A stretch of 64,000 bases of DNA, taken from the NCBI GenBank assembly GCA_028727605.1, contig JAQYOA010000018.1:22550-86549 (forward strand), read 5' to 3'. Origin of the DNA: Lachnospiraceae bacterium (lineage in GTDB: Bacteria > Bacillota > Clostridia > Lachnospirales > Lachnospiraceae). The position numbers were made by a program, and so were the translations under genes. Shown here one piece after another: positions 30,372 to 39,234 of this stretch. The notes beneath the pieces are model-generated. The model saw only the letters and a program-made list of their open reading frames with translations, was not told where the DNA came from and ran no database searches. The stretch's first letter is position 1. Every line of letters begins with the position of its first letter.

Positions 30372-31130
30372 ATGAAAAAAGAAATTCTGAGAGTGGGAAG
30401 CAGGGCCGTAGATGCCCTTTATCCGAGAAGATGTCCGATCTGTGACGGTATTCTTCTTCCAAAGGAGAAATGGGTCTGCCGGGAGTGCACGGAAAAAGTG
30501 CGGATGATTTCCGGACCGAGATGCTGCAAATGCAGCAGCCCGATCCAGGATTCCTCCATGGAGTACTGTCGGGACTGTGCGCGAAATCTTCACAGTTATG
30601 AGGAAGGATTTGCAGCCTATCCCTACCGCGGTTTTATGGAAAAATCCCTGATGCGCTATAAATATCAGGGTCGTATGGAATATGCCGGATTTTATGCCAG
30701 ATCAATCTGCATTGGAAGCGGACAGTTCCTCCGCCGTATGAAACCCGATGTGCTGATCCCGGTGCCGCTTCATCCGGCAAGAATGAGGAAAAGAGGATAT
30801 AATCAGGCAGAAATTCTGGCGGTAAAAATCGGCAGGGAACTGCACCTTACGGTAGATTCAAAATCTGTGAAAAGAATCAAAAATACGAAGGCGCAAAAAG
30901 AACTGGGGAGAGCGGAACGGAGAAAAAACCTGGAACATGCTTTTTGCCTTGTCCCGGAGCGGATTTCGTACCGGAGAATTCTGCTGGTTGACGACATCTA
31001 TACAACAGGAAGCACGATTGATGCGATCGCCTCACTTCTCCTGGAAAGGGGAGCAGAGTCGGTGGGGTTTCTTGCAGTGGCAGCGGGAAAGGGAGACGAG
31101 AGTTTTGCGTCTTCCCGGGATACGGCCTGA
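30372..31130 (+). CDS. comF: ComF-family protein (double zinc ribbon + phosphoribosyltransferase domain)
   Basis: CPIC/CREC/CCKC/CRDC, PVPLH..R..KRGYNQA and LLVDDIYTTGST motifs. Confidence 0.9.
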   Translation: MKKEILRVGSRAVDALYPRRCPICDGILLPKEKWVCRECTEKVRMISGPRCCKCSSPIQDSSMEYCRDCARNLHSYEEGFAAYPYRGFMEKSLMRYKYQGRMEYAGFYARSICIGSGQFLRRMKPDVLIPVPLHPARMRKRGYNQAEILAVKIGRELHLTVDSKSVKRIKNTKAQKELGRAERRKNLEHAFCLVPERISYRRILLVDDIYTTGSTIDAIASLLLERGAESVGFLAVAAGKGDESFASSRDTA

Positions 31131-31274
31131 AATGTGGGAAAAACGGCGGGAAAGATTGTGTGAATCTTTTCAGAATTGCTTTCCATATTGGAAATCTTAT
31201 GATAAAATGATACCAGGGTTCAAAGATCGGACTTTTATTGACAATGAGATATTGCAGTAAAGGAGAATAGATTC

Positions 31275-31706
31275 ATGTTGAATGAAAAACGTGTACGGCA
31301 GATGACAAAGCTGGCACTTTACGAACAAAAGGAGGGAAAGAAAGCACAGAAGATCACCCGTTATTTTCGCAGTGACTATATCGGAGTGGCACTTTTGAAG
31401 AATTTCTTTTCTGCAACTTTTGCATATTTTCTGGTGCTTGGTTTTCTTGTCTTGTACCATATTCAATGGATTATGGACGAGATGGATTCGATCAATTATG
31501 TTTTCCTGCTCGGATGTATTGCGTTGTCGTATCTTTGTTTTCTGACCTTGTATTCCGCGATTGTTTATGGAATTGCGTCAGCACGGTATGCAGCTGCGCA
31601 AAAAAGTGTGAAGGAATATTGTCAGGAGCTGGATGCCCTGCAGAAGATCTATGATACAGAAGAGAAAAAAAGGCGCAGGGGCAGAAACAGGAGGGCTGAC
31701 TTATGA
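31275..31706 (+). CDS. Hypothetical membrane protein (2 TM, coiled/basic C-terminus)
   Basis: SD AAGGAG, two hydrophobic segments, and an ATGA overlap with the next gene. Confidence 0.75.
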   Translation: MLNEKRVRQMTKLALYEQKEGKKAQKITRYFRSDYIGVALLKNFFSATFAYFLVLGFLVLYHIQWIMDEMDSINYVFLLGCIALSYLCFLTLYSAIVYGIASARYAAAQKSVKEYCQELDALQKIYDTEEKKRRRGRNRRADL

Positions 31707-32773
31707 CAATCTTGATCGAGTGTAAAGAAAAATTAAAGGAACTATACGGTTCCTACAGCAGTTTCGTGCTTCCGGTCTGCAAGTTTTTGCTGGCCTTTGT
31801 TGTTTTCAATGAGATTAATCGTTCCATGGGCTTTATGAAGCTTCTGACGAGCACCTATGTCGTATTGATCCTTTCTTTGATCTGTGCGATTATTCCTATG
31901 GGAGGCATGGCCGCTCTTGCGATGCTGGTAATCATCGGACATTGTTTTGCACTGAATCTGATTGTTGCAGGGATCGCTGTGCTGATTATGCTGATTTTCT
32001 GGTTTTTGTATCTGCGTTTTGCACCGAAAGAAGGGACGGCATTGATTCTGACACCGCTCGCATTCTGGTTTCATATTCCGGCTGCAGCACCGATCGGATT
32101 CGGACTTGTGGGAACTCCGATGTCGGCACTGGCAGTATCCTGCGGTGTGGTGATTTACTCCTTTATAGAACTGATCCGGGATAAGATTTCCGTGATGCTT
32201 GGCAGCGGTGACGTGGAAATGCTGACGCTCGTGCAGGAATTGCTGAACGGGCTGCTTCGGGATGAAAAGATGCTTGTGACGATTGTTGCATGTGCGGCTG
32301 CGGTAGTGATTGTGAACTGTATCCGGAGAATCAGTGCGGATTATGCATGGCAGATTTCCGTTGTGTCCGGAGCTGTCATCTATGCGCTGATCATGATCGC
32401 GGGAAGACTGGTGCTGGATGTGGAGATTTCTCTTCCCGGAGTTCTGATTCAGGCGGCTGTTTCTGCAGTGATTGGTTTTATCCTTCAGTTTTTCCTGTTC
32501 GGAGCGGATTACTCGAGAAGCGAACATCTGGAATTCGAGGATGATGAATATTATTATTATGTAAAGGCGATTCCAAAATTTTCTGTTTCCAGAGCGGATC
32601 ATCGGGTAAAATATATTCAGGACGAGAATGAGGAATCCGCATTACAGACAGAAAAATATCATTCCGGCAGTTCCCCGGAAGAGTACCAGGAAGAGGTACC
32701 GCCGGTGGATGGGGAAAACTGTGAGGATGTGGATTACGAGTCAATGTTGGAGGATACCTTGAAAAATCTTTAA
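31703..32773 (+). CDS. Hypothetical polytopic membrane protein (about 8 TM) with a FEDDEYYYYVKAIPK motif and an acidic tail
   Basis: Long hydrophobic ORF with SD GGAGG, in operon context. Confidence 0.8.
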   Translation: MTILIECKEKLKELYGSYSSFVLPVCKFLLAFVVFNEINRSMGFMKLLTSTYVVLILSLICAIIPMGGMAALAMLVIIGHCFALNLIVAGIAVLIMLIFWFLYLRFAPKEGTALILTPLAFWFHIPAAAPIGFGLVGTPMSALAVSCGVVIYSFIELIRDKISVMLGSGDVEMLTLVQELLNGLLRDEKMLVTIVACAAAVVIVNCIRRISADYAWQISVVSGAVIYALIMIAGRLVLDVEISLPGVLIQAAVSAVIGFILQFFLFGADYSRSEHLEFEDDEYYYYVKAIPKFSVSRADHRVKYIQDENEESALQTEKYHSGSSPEEYQEEVPPVDGENCEDVDYESMLEDTLKNL

Positions 32774-32807
32774 AAAACAAATGATGGAATAGAAAGGGAG
32801 TGGCAGT

Positions 32808-33713
32808 GTGCATGGAATATGGACCTGGATTGTCTCGCGTGCAGCAGACTTCGGGCCGCCAAAAACAATAGAAGTGATCGATGTGGTACAGATTCTGCTG
32901 ATTGCATATTTTGTATATCATCTGATCCGATGGCTTCAGAATACAAAAGCATATACGCTGCTGAAAGGAATCCTTCTGATTGTAGCTTTTGTGATCGTGG
33001 CAAATATCTTTGAGATGCAGGCGATTCTCTGGCTGTTTGAAAATCTGGGCGGTGTGGCGATTACAGCGGTTGTCATTATTTTTCAGCCGGAACTGCGCCG
33101 TGTCGTGGAACAGTTGGGAGAGAAGAATCCACTCTCGGCACTTCCGTTCCCTTCCGGTCAGGAGGAGGCGGAGCGGTTCAGCGATGAGACAATCGGTGAA
33201 CTTGTCAGAGCCAGCTTTGAGATGGGGGAAGTTAAGACCGGTGCATTGATTGTTATTGAGAAGACAATTACTCTGGAAGATTATGAGAAGACCGGTATCC
33301 CGATTGACGGAATTCTGACAAGCCAGCTTTTGATCAATATTTTTGAACATAACACACCGCTGCACGACGGCGCAGTGATTGTCAGAGGAAACCGGGTAAC
33401 GGCTGCAACCTGTTATCTTCCGCTTTCGGACAATATGGCATTGAATAAGAACCTCGGAACAAGACACCGGGCCGGTGTCGGTATCAGTGAGATGACGGAT
33501 TCTCTGACCATCATTGTTTCGGAGGAAACCGGAAATGTTTCCTATGCGCAGGGAGGCGAGCTGCATACAGCAGTGACACCGGGAGTGCTGAGAGAACAGC
33601 TCCACCAGCTGCAGAAATTTTCCGCAAAGTCTGACGAGAAAAAGAGCCGGTATCATGTGCGCAGACTGAGAAAGGAAGGGGCGAAGAAAAATGAAACAAA
33701 AACTTCTAAATAA
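32808..33713 (+). CDS. cdaA: Diadenylate cyclase CdaA (c-di-AMP synthase)
   Basis: Three N-terminal TM segments; IIFQPELRR, TPLHDGA and GTRHRA catalytic motifs. Confidence 0.96.
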   Translation: MHGIWTWIVSRAADFGPPKTIEVIDVVQILLIAYFVYHLIRWLQNTKAYTLLKGILLIVAFVIVANIFEMQAILWLFENLGGVAITAVVIIFQPELRRVVEQLGEKNPLSALPFPSGQEEAERFSDETIGELVRASFEMGEVKTGALIVIEKTITLEDYEKTGIPIDGILTSQLLINIFEHNTPLHDGAVIVRGNRVTAATCYLPLSDNMALNKNLGTRHRAGVGISEMTDSLTIIVSEETGNVSYAQGGELHTAVTPGVLREQLHQLQKFSAKSDEKKSRYHVRRLRKEGAKKNETKTSK

Positions 33714-34995
33714 CCTTTCTCTGAAAATTGTCTCTGTGCTGATTGCGGTAGTCATCTGGTATGTGGTGGTCAGTGCAAACGATCCGATAAAACAGAAATA
33801 TATCGAAGTGCCGGTGAAGGTTACGAATGAGGCATACATTGCTGCGGGAAAGAAAACGTATCAGATCGATGAAGAATATCAGAGCGTACTGGTATATATT
33901 ACGGGAAACCGCTCCGTTGTGGATGGACTGAAAGCATCCGATATTACTGTGACGGCAGATCTTACACAGATTGTAACAATGGATACCAATCCGGTATATG
34001 TCCCGCTGACGGTTTCCTGTCCGGGAATCAAGCCTGAGAATATCCGGACAGAGACGGCTACGATTCCGATTGAGATTGAAGATGTGGACAGTGCCAAATT
34101 CCCGATTACAATTGATACGGGAAACACAAAACCATCCAAGGATTATGAAATCGGCAGGATGCAGACGGATCCGGAAAATATTACGGTGTCAGGTCCGGCT
34201 TCTCTGATCAAAAAGATCAGCAGTGTAGTGGCGAGTGTGGATGTGACAGATATGAGCAGTTCCGGAACTCTCAAAGCTGAACTGAAAATTATCGACAAGA
34301 ATCAGGATGAGATGTCAGAGTCCCAGATGAGCTTTTTGAGTTTTGACGGCGGAAGCGCCGAGGTGGATGTGGATATCACGCTCTGGAGACGCCAGGCTGG
34401 TATCAAACTGAAAGCAGAGTATCAGGGAACACCGTACAGAGGCTATCAGGTGACCAATATTTACACAACACCGGAAGAGATTACGGTGGCAGGTTCTGAG
34501 GAGGCATTGGCCGCGCTTGCAGCAAGCGGAAATACGATTGTTATTCCGTCAGACAAAGTATCTGTGGATGGTGCCAGGGAAGATTTTGAAACTACGGTTG
34601 ATATCAGCGATGTTTTGCCGGATACAGAGAATATGAAAATTTCAACCAGTTCTTCCAGCTCTGTAACAGTTCACGTGACGGTTCTTCCAAATGGAAGCAG
34701 AGAGTTTGCATTGGATGTGGATCAGATCGAGACAGAAAATCTGTCCCCCTATTTAACGGTACTGTATGATCAGACACAGATTTCGGTACGGATTAAGGCA
34801 TCCAATACAAATCTTGACAATCTGGATCTTTCCAGCATTAAGGCTTCCATAAATCTTGGGGGAATGAGTGCAGGGGATTATGAGGTGTCTGTGGAAGTGG
34901 AACTTCCTGATAATTATGAACTGGTGGATGAGGTAAAAACAACGATTCATCTGAAAGAGAAAGCTGTTCCAACAAAGGCAGCGGATACAGATTAG
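33691..34995 (+). CDS. cdaR: CdaA regulator CdaR (YbbR repeats)
   Basis: N-terminal TM (KIVSVLIAVVIWYVV) and repeated beta-rich YbbR-like units (PE.ITV.G); overlaps cdaA. Confidence 0.88.
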   Translation: MKQKLLNNLSLKIVSVLIAVVIWYVVVSANDPIKQKYIEVPVKVTNEAYIAAGKKTYQIDEEYQSVLVYITGNRSVVDGLKASDITVTADLTQIVTMDTNPVYVPLTVSCPGIKPENIRTETATIPIEIEDVDSAKFPITIDTGNTKPSKDYEIGRMQTDPENITVSGPASLIKKISSVVASVDVTDMSSSGTLKAELKIIDKNQDEMSESQMSFLSFDGGSAEVDVDITLWRRQAGIKLKAEYQGTPYRGYQVTNIYTTPEEITVAGSEEALAALAASGNTIVIPSDKVSVDGAREDFETTVDISDVLPDTENMKISTSSSSSVTVHVTVLPNGSREFALDVDQIETENLSPYLTVLYDQTQISVRIKASNTNLDNLDLSSIKASINLGGMSAGDYEVSVEVELPDNYELVDEVKTTIHLKEKAVPTKAADTD

Positions 34996-35007
34996 GAGGA
35001 ATAAAAA

Positions 35008-35280
35008 ATGGTATGCAGGAAAGTTGTGGTAAAAAATCCTACGGGTCTTCACCTGCGTCCGGCGGGTACACTGTGTAAAATGGCAATGCAGTATAAAGCG
35101 ATGATTACTTTTCGCTATGGTGATGGGAATACTGCAAATGCCAAAAGCGTATTGAGCGTTTTGGGTGCCTGCGTAAAGAGCGGTGATGAGATTGAACTGA
35201 TTTGTGAGGGTGAGGACGAAGAGACTGCGCTGAAAGAACTGGTGGAAACCATAGAATCAGGACTGGGAGAAGAACTGTAA
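35008..35280 (+). CDS. ptsH: HPr-family phosphocarrier protein
   Basis: GLHLRPA (His15) and ANAKSVLSVL (Ser46 region); 90 aa. Confidence 0.9.
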   Translation: MVCRKVVVKNPTGLHLRPAGTLCKMAMQYKAMITFRYGDGNTANAKSVLSVLGACVKSGDEIELICEGEDEETALKELVETIESGLGEEL

Positions 35281-35290
35281 AAAAACAGGG

Positions 35291-35332
35291 ACAGGGATAT
35301 TGCACATCATATTTTTGCAATATCCCTGTTTT
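35291..35332 (+). terminator. Intrinsic terminator after HPr
   Basis: ACAGGGATATTGCA...TGCAATATCCCTGT 14-bp stem followed by Ts. Confidence 0.85.
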
Positions 35333-35410
35333 GAATTGAAGTTGCGAAATGGCAGGTTGAATGTTATAATCATCGTATCATGAGTAATACGGGGAGCTAA
35401 GTGAAAAGAA

Positions 35411-36829
35411 ATGTATGAACGAAAGCAAAAGCTGCAAAATATGATTCTTCTGGTCATAGATGCTGTCTGCCTTGTGGTAAGCTATCTTCTGGCCAGCTGT
35501 TTGTCACTCTGGCTGAGGCCTGATAGTCTGCAGATCACGATGCATGATATCGTAGGAAGTTTGTGGATTGTATTTCTCGCCTATTTTTGTGTGTTCGTTT
35601 TTTTTAATATGAATCAGTATCTGCTGAAGAGAGATATATACGAGGAAATGGTATATGTGGTTAAAGTGAATGTGTTTGTTGCTGCGGTACTGGCGGTTGT
35701 CTTTTATGCGGCAAAACACATCTGGCTTTTACCAAGAGGAGTCTGGGTTAATACAGTGCTGCTGAATCTTGTCTTCATGTGTATAGGACATCTTGCAGCA
35801 AAAAAAATTTTGAAGGCGCATCTTGTCAGCGGACCGAAACAGCACATTTATCTTGTGACGACTTCGGACCGGGCTGAAAAAGTGCTTCGTCAGCTTTCTA
35901 TGTCGGAAGACTATGCAAGTTATGCGATCAGTATCGGAATTCTCGACGAAAATTGGAAAGGGAAAAAGATTCAGAATTGTCTGGTGGTAGCAGATAAAGA
36001 AACCCTCTTCGAATTTGCCAGGACACAGATTGTCGATGAGGTCTATATCAACGTTCCGGGTGAGAATCTGAAGTTTGTTGAGAATTGTATTCGCGGATTT
36101 GAGGAGATGGGGATCACAGTACACCTCAATATCAGCGTGCTGGAGGGACATGACGGATTCTGCAAACAGATTGATATGATCGGACAGTATCCGGTTGTCA
36201 GCTTTGCTCCGCGTTTTTATGATTATAACAAACTGGTGCTGAAAAGGCTGATTGACATTGCAGGTGCGATTGTCGGACTTTTGTTTACCGGGATCGTCAC
36301 AATTGTTCTGGCGCCGGCGATTAAGCTGGAGTCTCCGGGGCCTTTGTTTTTCAAACAGAAGCGGGTTGGAAGAAATGGACGTTATTTTTATATCTATAAA
36401 TTTCGCTCTATGTACGAGGACGCGGAAGAGAGAAAAGCCGCTTTGATGGAGAAAAACGAAATGAAGGGCGCCATGTTCAAGATGAAAGACGATCCGAGAG
36501 TAACCAGAGTGGGAAAATTTATTCGTGCCACCAGTTTGGATGAATTGCCGCAGTTCTGGAATATTCTGAAAGGGGATATGAGTCTTGTTGGAACACGACC
36601 GCCTACAGTGGATGAATTTCAGGCTTATGAGGCGCATCACAAACGGCGTCTTTGCATGAAACCGGGGCTTACCGGTATGTGGCAGGTGAGCGGAAGAAGC
36701 AATATCGAAGATTTCGAGGAAGTTGTCCGGCTGGACTGTTATTATCTTGATCACTGGTCACTGCAGCTGGATGCGAAGATTCTGCTGAAAACTTTTGTTG
36801 TGGTATTCAAAAAAGTGGGATCCAGGTGA
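35411..36829 (+). CDS. Priming polyprenyl-phosphate glycosylphosphotransferase (CpsE/WcaJ/WbaP type)
   Basis: N-terminal TM bundle; KRLIDI, YKFRSM, DDPRVT, SLDELPQ and KPGLTGMWQVSGRS motifs. Confidence 0.92.
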   Translation: MYERKQKLQNMILLVIDAVCLVVSYLLASCLSLWLRPDSLQITMHDIVGSLWIVFLAYFCVFVFFNMNQYLLKRDIYEEMVYVVKVNVFVAAVLAVVFYAAKHIWLLPRGVWVNTVLLNLVFMCIGHLAAKKILKAHLVSGPKQHIYLVTTSDRAEKVLRQLSMSEDYASYAISIGILDENWKGKKIQNCLVVADKETLFEFARTQIVDEVYINVPGENLKFVENCIRGFEEMGITVHLNISVLEGHDGFCKQIDMIGQYPVVSFAPRFYDYNKLVLKRLIDIAGAIVGLLFTGIVTIVLAPAIKLESPGPLFFKQKRVGRNGRYFYIYKFRSMYEDAEERKAALMEKNEMKGAMFKMKDDPRVTRVGKFIRATSLDELPQFWNILKGDMSLVGTRPPTVDEFQAYEAHHKRRLCMKPGLTGMWQVSGRSNIEDFEEVVRLDCYYLDHWSLQLDAKILLKTFVVVFKKVGSR

Positions 36830-36849
36830 AAAAACAAGGAGAAAGAGTT

Positions 36850-37956
36850 ATGAAAAAATATGATTACGTTTTAGTTGGAAGCGGTTTATTTGCCGGAACC
36901 ATTGCATATATGGCGGCGCAGGCAGGAAAAAGCTGTCTGGTACTGGAAAAGCGCAGCCATATCGGCGGCAATGTGTACTGTGAGGAGATAGAGGGCATTC
37001 ATGTACATAAATACGGAGCACATATTTTCCATACCAGTGATAAGAAAGTATGGGATTTTGTAAATTCGCTTGTGGAGTTCAACCGTTATACAAATTCTCC
37101 GGTCGCAAACTACAAGGGGGAAATTTACAATCTTCCTTTTAATATGAATACATTTAATAAAATGTGGGGTGTGGTAACACCGGAAGAGGCAAGAGCGAAA
37201 ATTGAAGAACAGAGAAAAACGGTGACCGGTGAACCGCACAATCTGGAAGAACAGGCGATCAGTCTGGTTGGCACAGATATTTATCAGAAACTGGTGAAGG
37301 GATATACGGAAAAACAATGGGGAAGAGACTGCAAAGAGCTTCCGAGTTTCATTATCCGCCGCTTGCCGGTGCGTTTTACCTACGATAATAATTACTTTAA
37401 TGACCGCTATCAGGGAATTCCGGTGGGCGGATACAATGTCCTGGTGGAGAAACTGTTTGAAGGTGCGGACATTCGGACCAACGTTGATTTTCTGGAACAG
37501 AAAGAAGCCTATGAGGCGATGGGAGAAAAAGTGATCTATACAGGTCCGATCGATGCCTACTATGCATTTTCACTGGGAAAACTGGAATACCGGACAGTTC
37601 GTTTTGAGACGGAAGTATTGGACACGGAGAATTATCAGGGTGTTGCGGTGGTAAACTATACAGATCGCGAGACTCCATATACCCGTATCATTGAACACAA
37701 ACATTTTGAGTTCGGCACACAGGAAAAGACAGTCATTTCCAGAGAGTATTCTACAGACTGGACGGAAGGAATGGAACCCTATTATCCTCTGAACGACGAA
37801 AAGAATCAGGCGTTGTATCAGAAATATGCGGAACTGGCAGCAAAAGAAGAAAAGGTGATCTTTGGAGGAAGACTCGGAGAATATAAGTATTATGACATGG
37901 ACAAGGTAATTGGATCTGCTTTGAGTCTGTGGGAAAAGATGTCCGGGGAAAAGTAA
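36850..37956 (+). CDS. glf: UDP-galactopyranose mutase
   Basis: VGSGLFA, HKYGAHIFHT, GYTEKQWG, EPYYP and GRLGEYKYYDMD motifs. Confidence 0.96.
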   Translation: MKKYDYVLVGSGLFAGTIAYMAAQAGKSCLVLEKRSHIGGNVYCEEIEGIHVHKYGAHIFHTSDKKVWDFVNSLVEFNRYTNSPVANYKGEIYNLPFNMNTFNKMWGVVTPEEARAKIEEQRKTVTGEPHNLEEQAISLVGTDIYQKLVKGYTEKQWGRDCKELPSFIIRRLPVRFTYDNNYFNDRYQGIPVGGYNVLVEKLFEGADIRTNVDFLEQKEAYEAMGEKVIYTGPIDAYYAFSLGKLEYRTVRFETEVLDTENYQGVAVVNYTDRETPYTRIIEHKHFEFGTQEKTVISREYSTDWTEGMEPYYPLNDEKNQALYQKYAELAAKEEKVIFGGRLGEYKYYDMDKVIGSALSLWEKMSGEK

Positions 37957-37972
37957 AAAAGGAGAAATAAAA

Positions 37973-39085
37973 ATGATGCGAAAAGATTACGAAGAAGAAG
38001 AACGCAGAGAAAAGAAACGAAAATCTTCGGAAAGCAAAAGTGTGTCTGCAGAGAAAAAGAGAAAAAAGGGAAACTGGTCAAATATTCTGACCATCGTTCT
38101 CATGATTATCTTTATTTTGCTGGTAGGTGTTTATGCCGTTTTGAATCATTATTACGGCAAGAGCAATTTTGTCAAAGACAGTGAGATTTCAATCAATCAG
38201 GATGCGGAGGCTGAGAGTACGGGACTGAGTGACGATGAAGCAGAGGCATTGCAGTCGGAAGCTTATGAGGCAACAAAAGATTTCACGCTGCCAAATAACA
38301 GCAATGTTTATAATATCCTGCTGATCGGCGTGGACAGAAGAGACAAAACCTGGTATGGAAATTCAGATTCCATGATTCTGGTTTCCATCAATAAGGAAAC
38401 CGGAAAGTTTATTATGACATCTTTCATGCGTGATTTGTATGCCATGATACCGGATGTGGGTGTAAAGAAACTGAATGCGGCCTGTGCATACGGCGGAGGA
38501 CCGCTGCTGGTGCGTACCATTGAGGAAAACTATAAGATACCGATTGACAATTATGCCAGTGTTGACTTTGATGCTATGATCGATATTGTAGATCTGGTGG
38601 GCGGAGTTGATGTGGAAATCAGTGAAGAGGAAGCCAGAGTAGCCAATGGATACATTGATGAAATGTGCAGACTTCGCAATGTGGATTCTTCGGGACATCA
38701 CTACAGCGGCTCTGGATTATGTCATATGGACGGATACCAGGCGGTTGCCTATGCAAGAATCCGTTATGTCGGAAATGCGGATTATCAGAGAACAGAGCGT
38801 CAGAGAATTGTATTGAGCAAAATTTTGGAGAAGGCAACCACACTCAGCGTAGCGGAGCTGAATACCATGGTTGAGAGCATTCTTCCGAAAGTGACGCATA
38901 ATCTCGATCAGTCGACACTTCTCAACCTGATCGGAGAATTGCCCACAATTCTGTCCTATGAGCGTGAGACAAGCCGCGTTCCGTATGACGGAATGTTTAC
39001 CACGAAAGGGGAGATGCTGGTACCGGATTTTGCGGCTACCATTGAAAAGCTCCAGTCCGATATTTATGGTACAGGCCAGGAGTAA
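37973..39085 (+). CDS. LCP (LytR-CpsA-Psr) family glycopolymer-peptidoglycan ligase
   Basis: Basic N-terminus and single TM; NILLIGVD, SDSMIL, RDLY, KLNAA and ARIRY..ADYQRTERQR motifs. Confidence 0.92.
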   Translation: MMRKDYEEEERREKKRKSSESKSVSAEKKRKKGNWSNILTIVLMIIFILLVGVYAVLNHYYGKSNFVKDSEISINQDAEAESTGLSDDEAEALQSEAYEATKDFTLPNNSNVYNILLIGVDRRDKTWYGNSDSMILVSINKETGKFIMTSFMRDLYAMIPDVGVKKLNAACAYGGGPLLVRTIEENYKIPIDNYASVDFDAMIDIVDLVGGVDVEISEEEARVANGYIDEMCRLRNVDSSGHHYSGSGLCHMDGYQAVAYARIRYVGNADYQRTERQRIVLSKILEKATTLSVAELNTMVESILPKVTHNLDQSTLLNLIGELPTILSYERETSRVPYDGMFTTKGEMLVPDFAATIEKLQSDIYGTGQE

Positions 39086-39234
39086 AAAGCAGGAAATTGC
39101 TTAAGAAAGTATGATTCCTGATAAGAAAATTGTAAACTATTTTATTGTCAGGATTCTTGAAATGATTTTGAAAATGTAGTAAGGTATAAAGAGTAAAAGA
39201 ATAGAAGAGTATCATTATGGGAGGATGAGTAAGC

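Noticed and set aside
39131-39151. Possible WalR box (TGTAAA...TGTCAG) upstream of the L,D-transpeptidase gene
   Set aside because: Half-site spacing is 9 bp rather than the 5 bp of TGTWAH-N5-TGTWAH, and the second half-site is imperfect.
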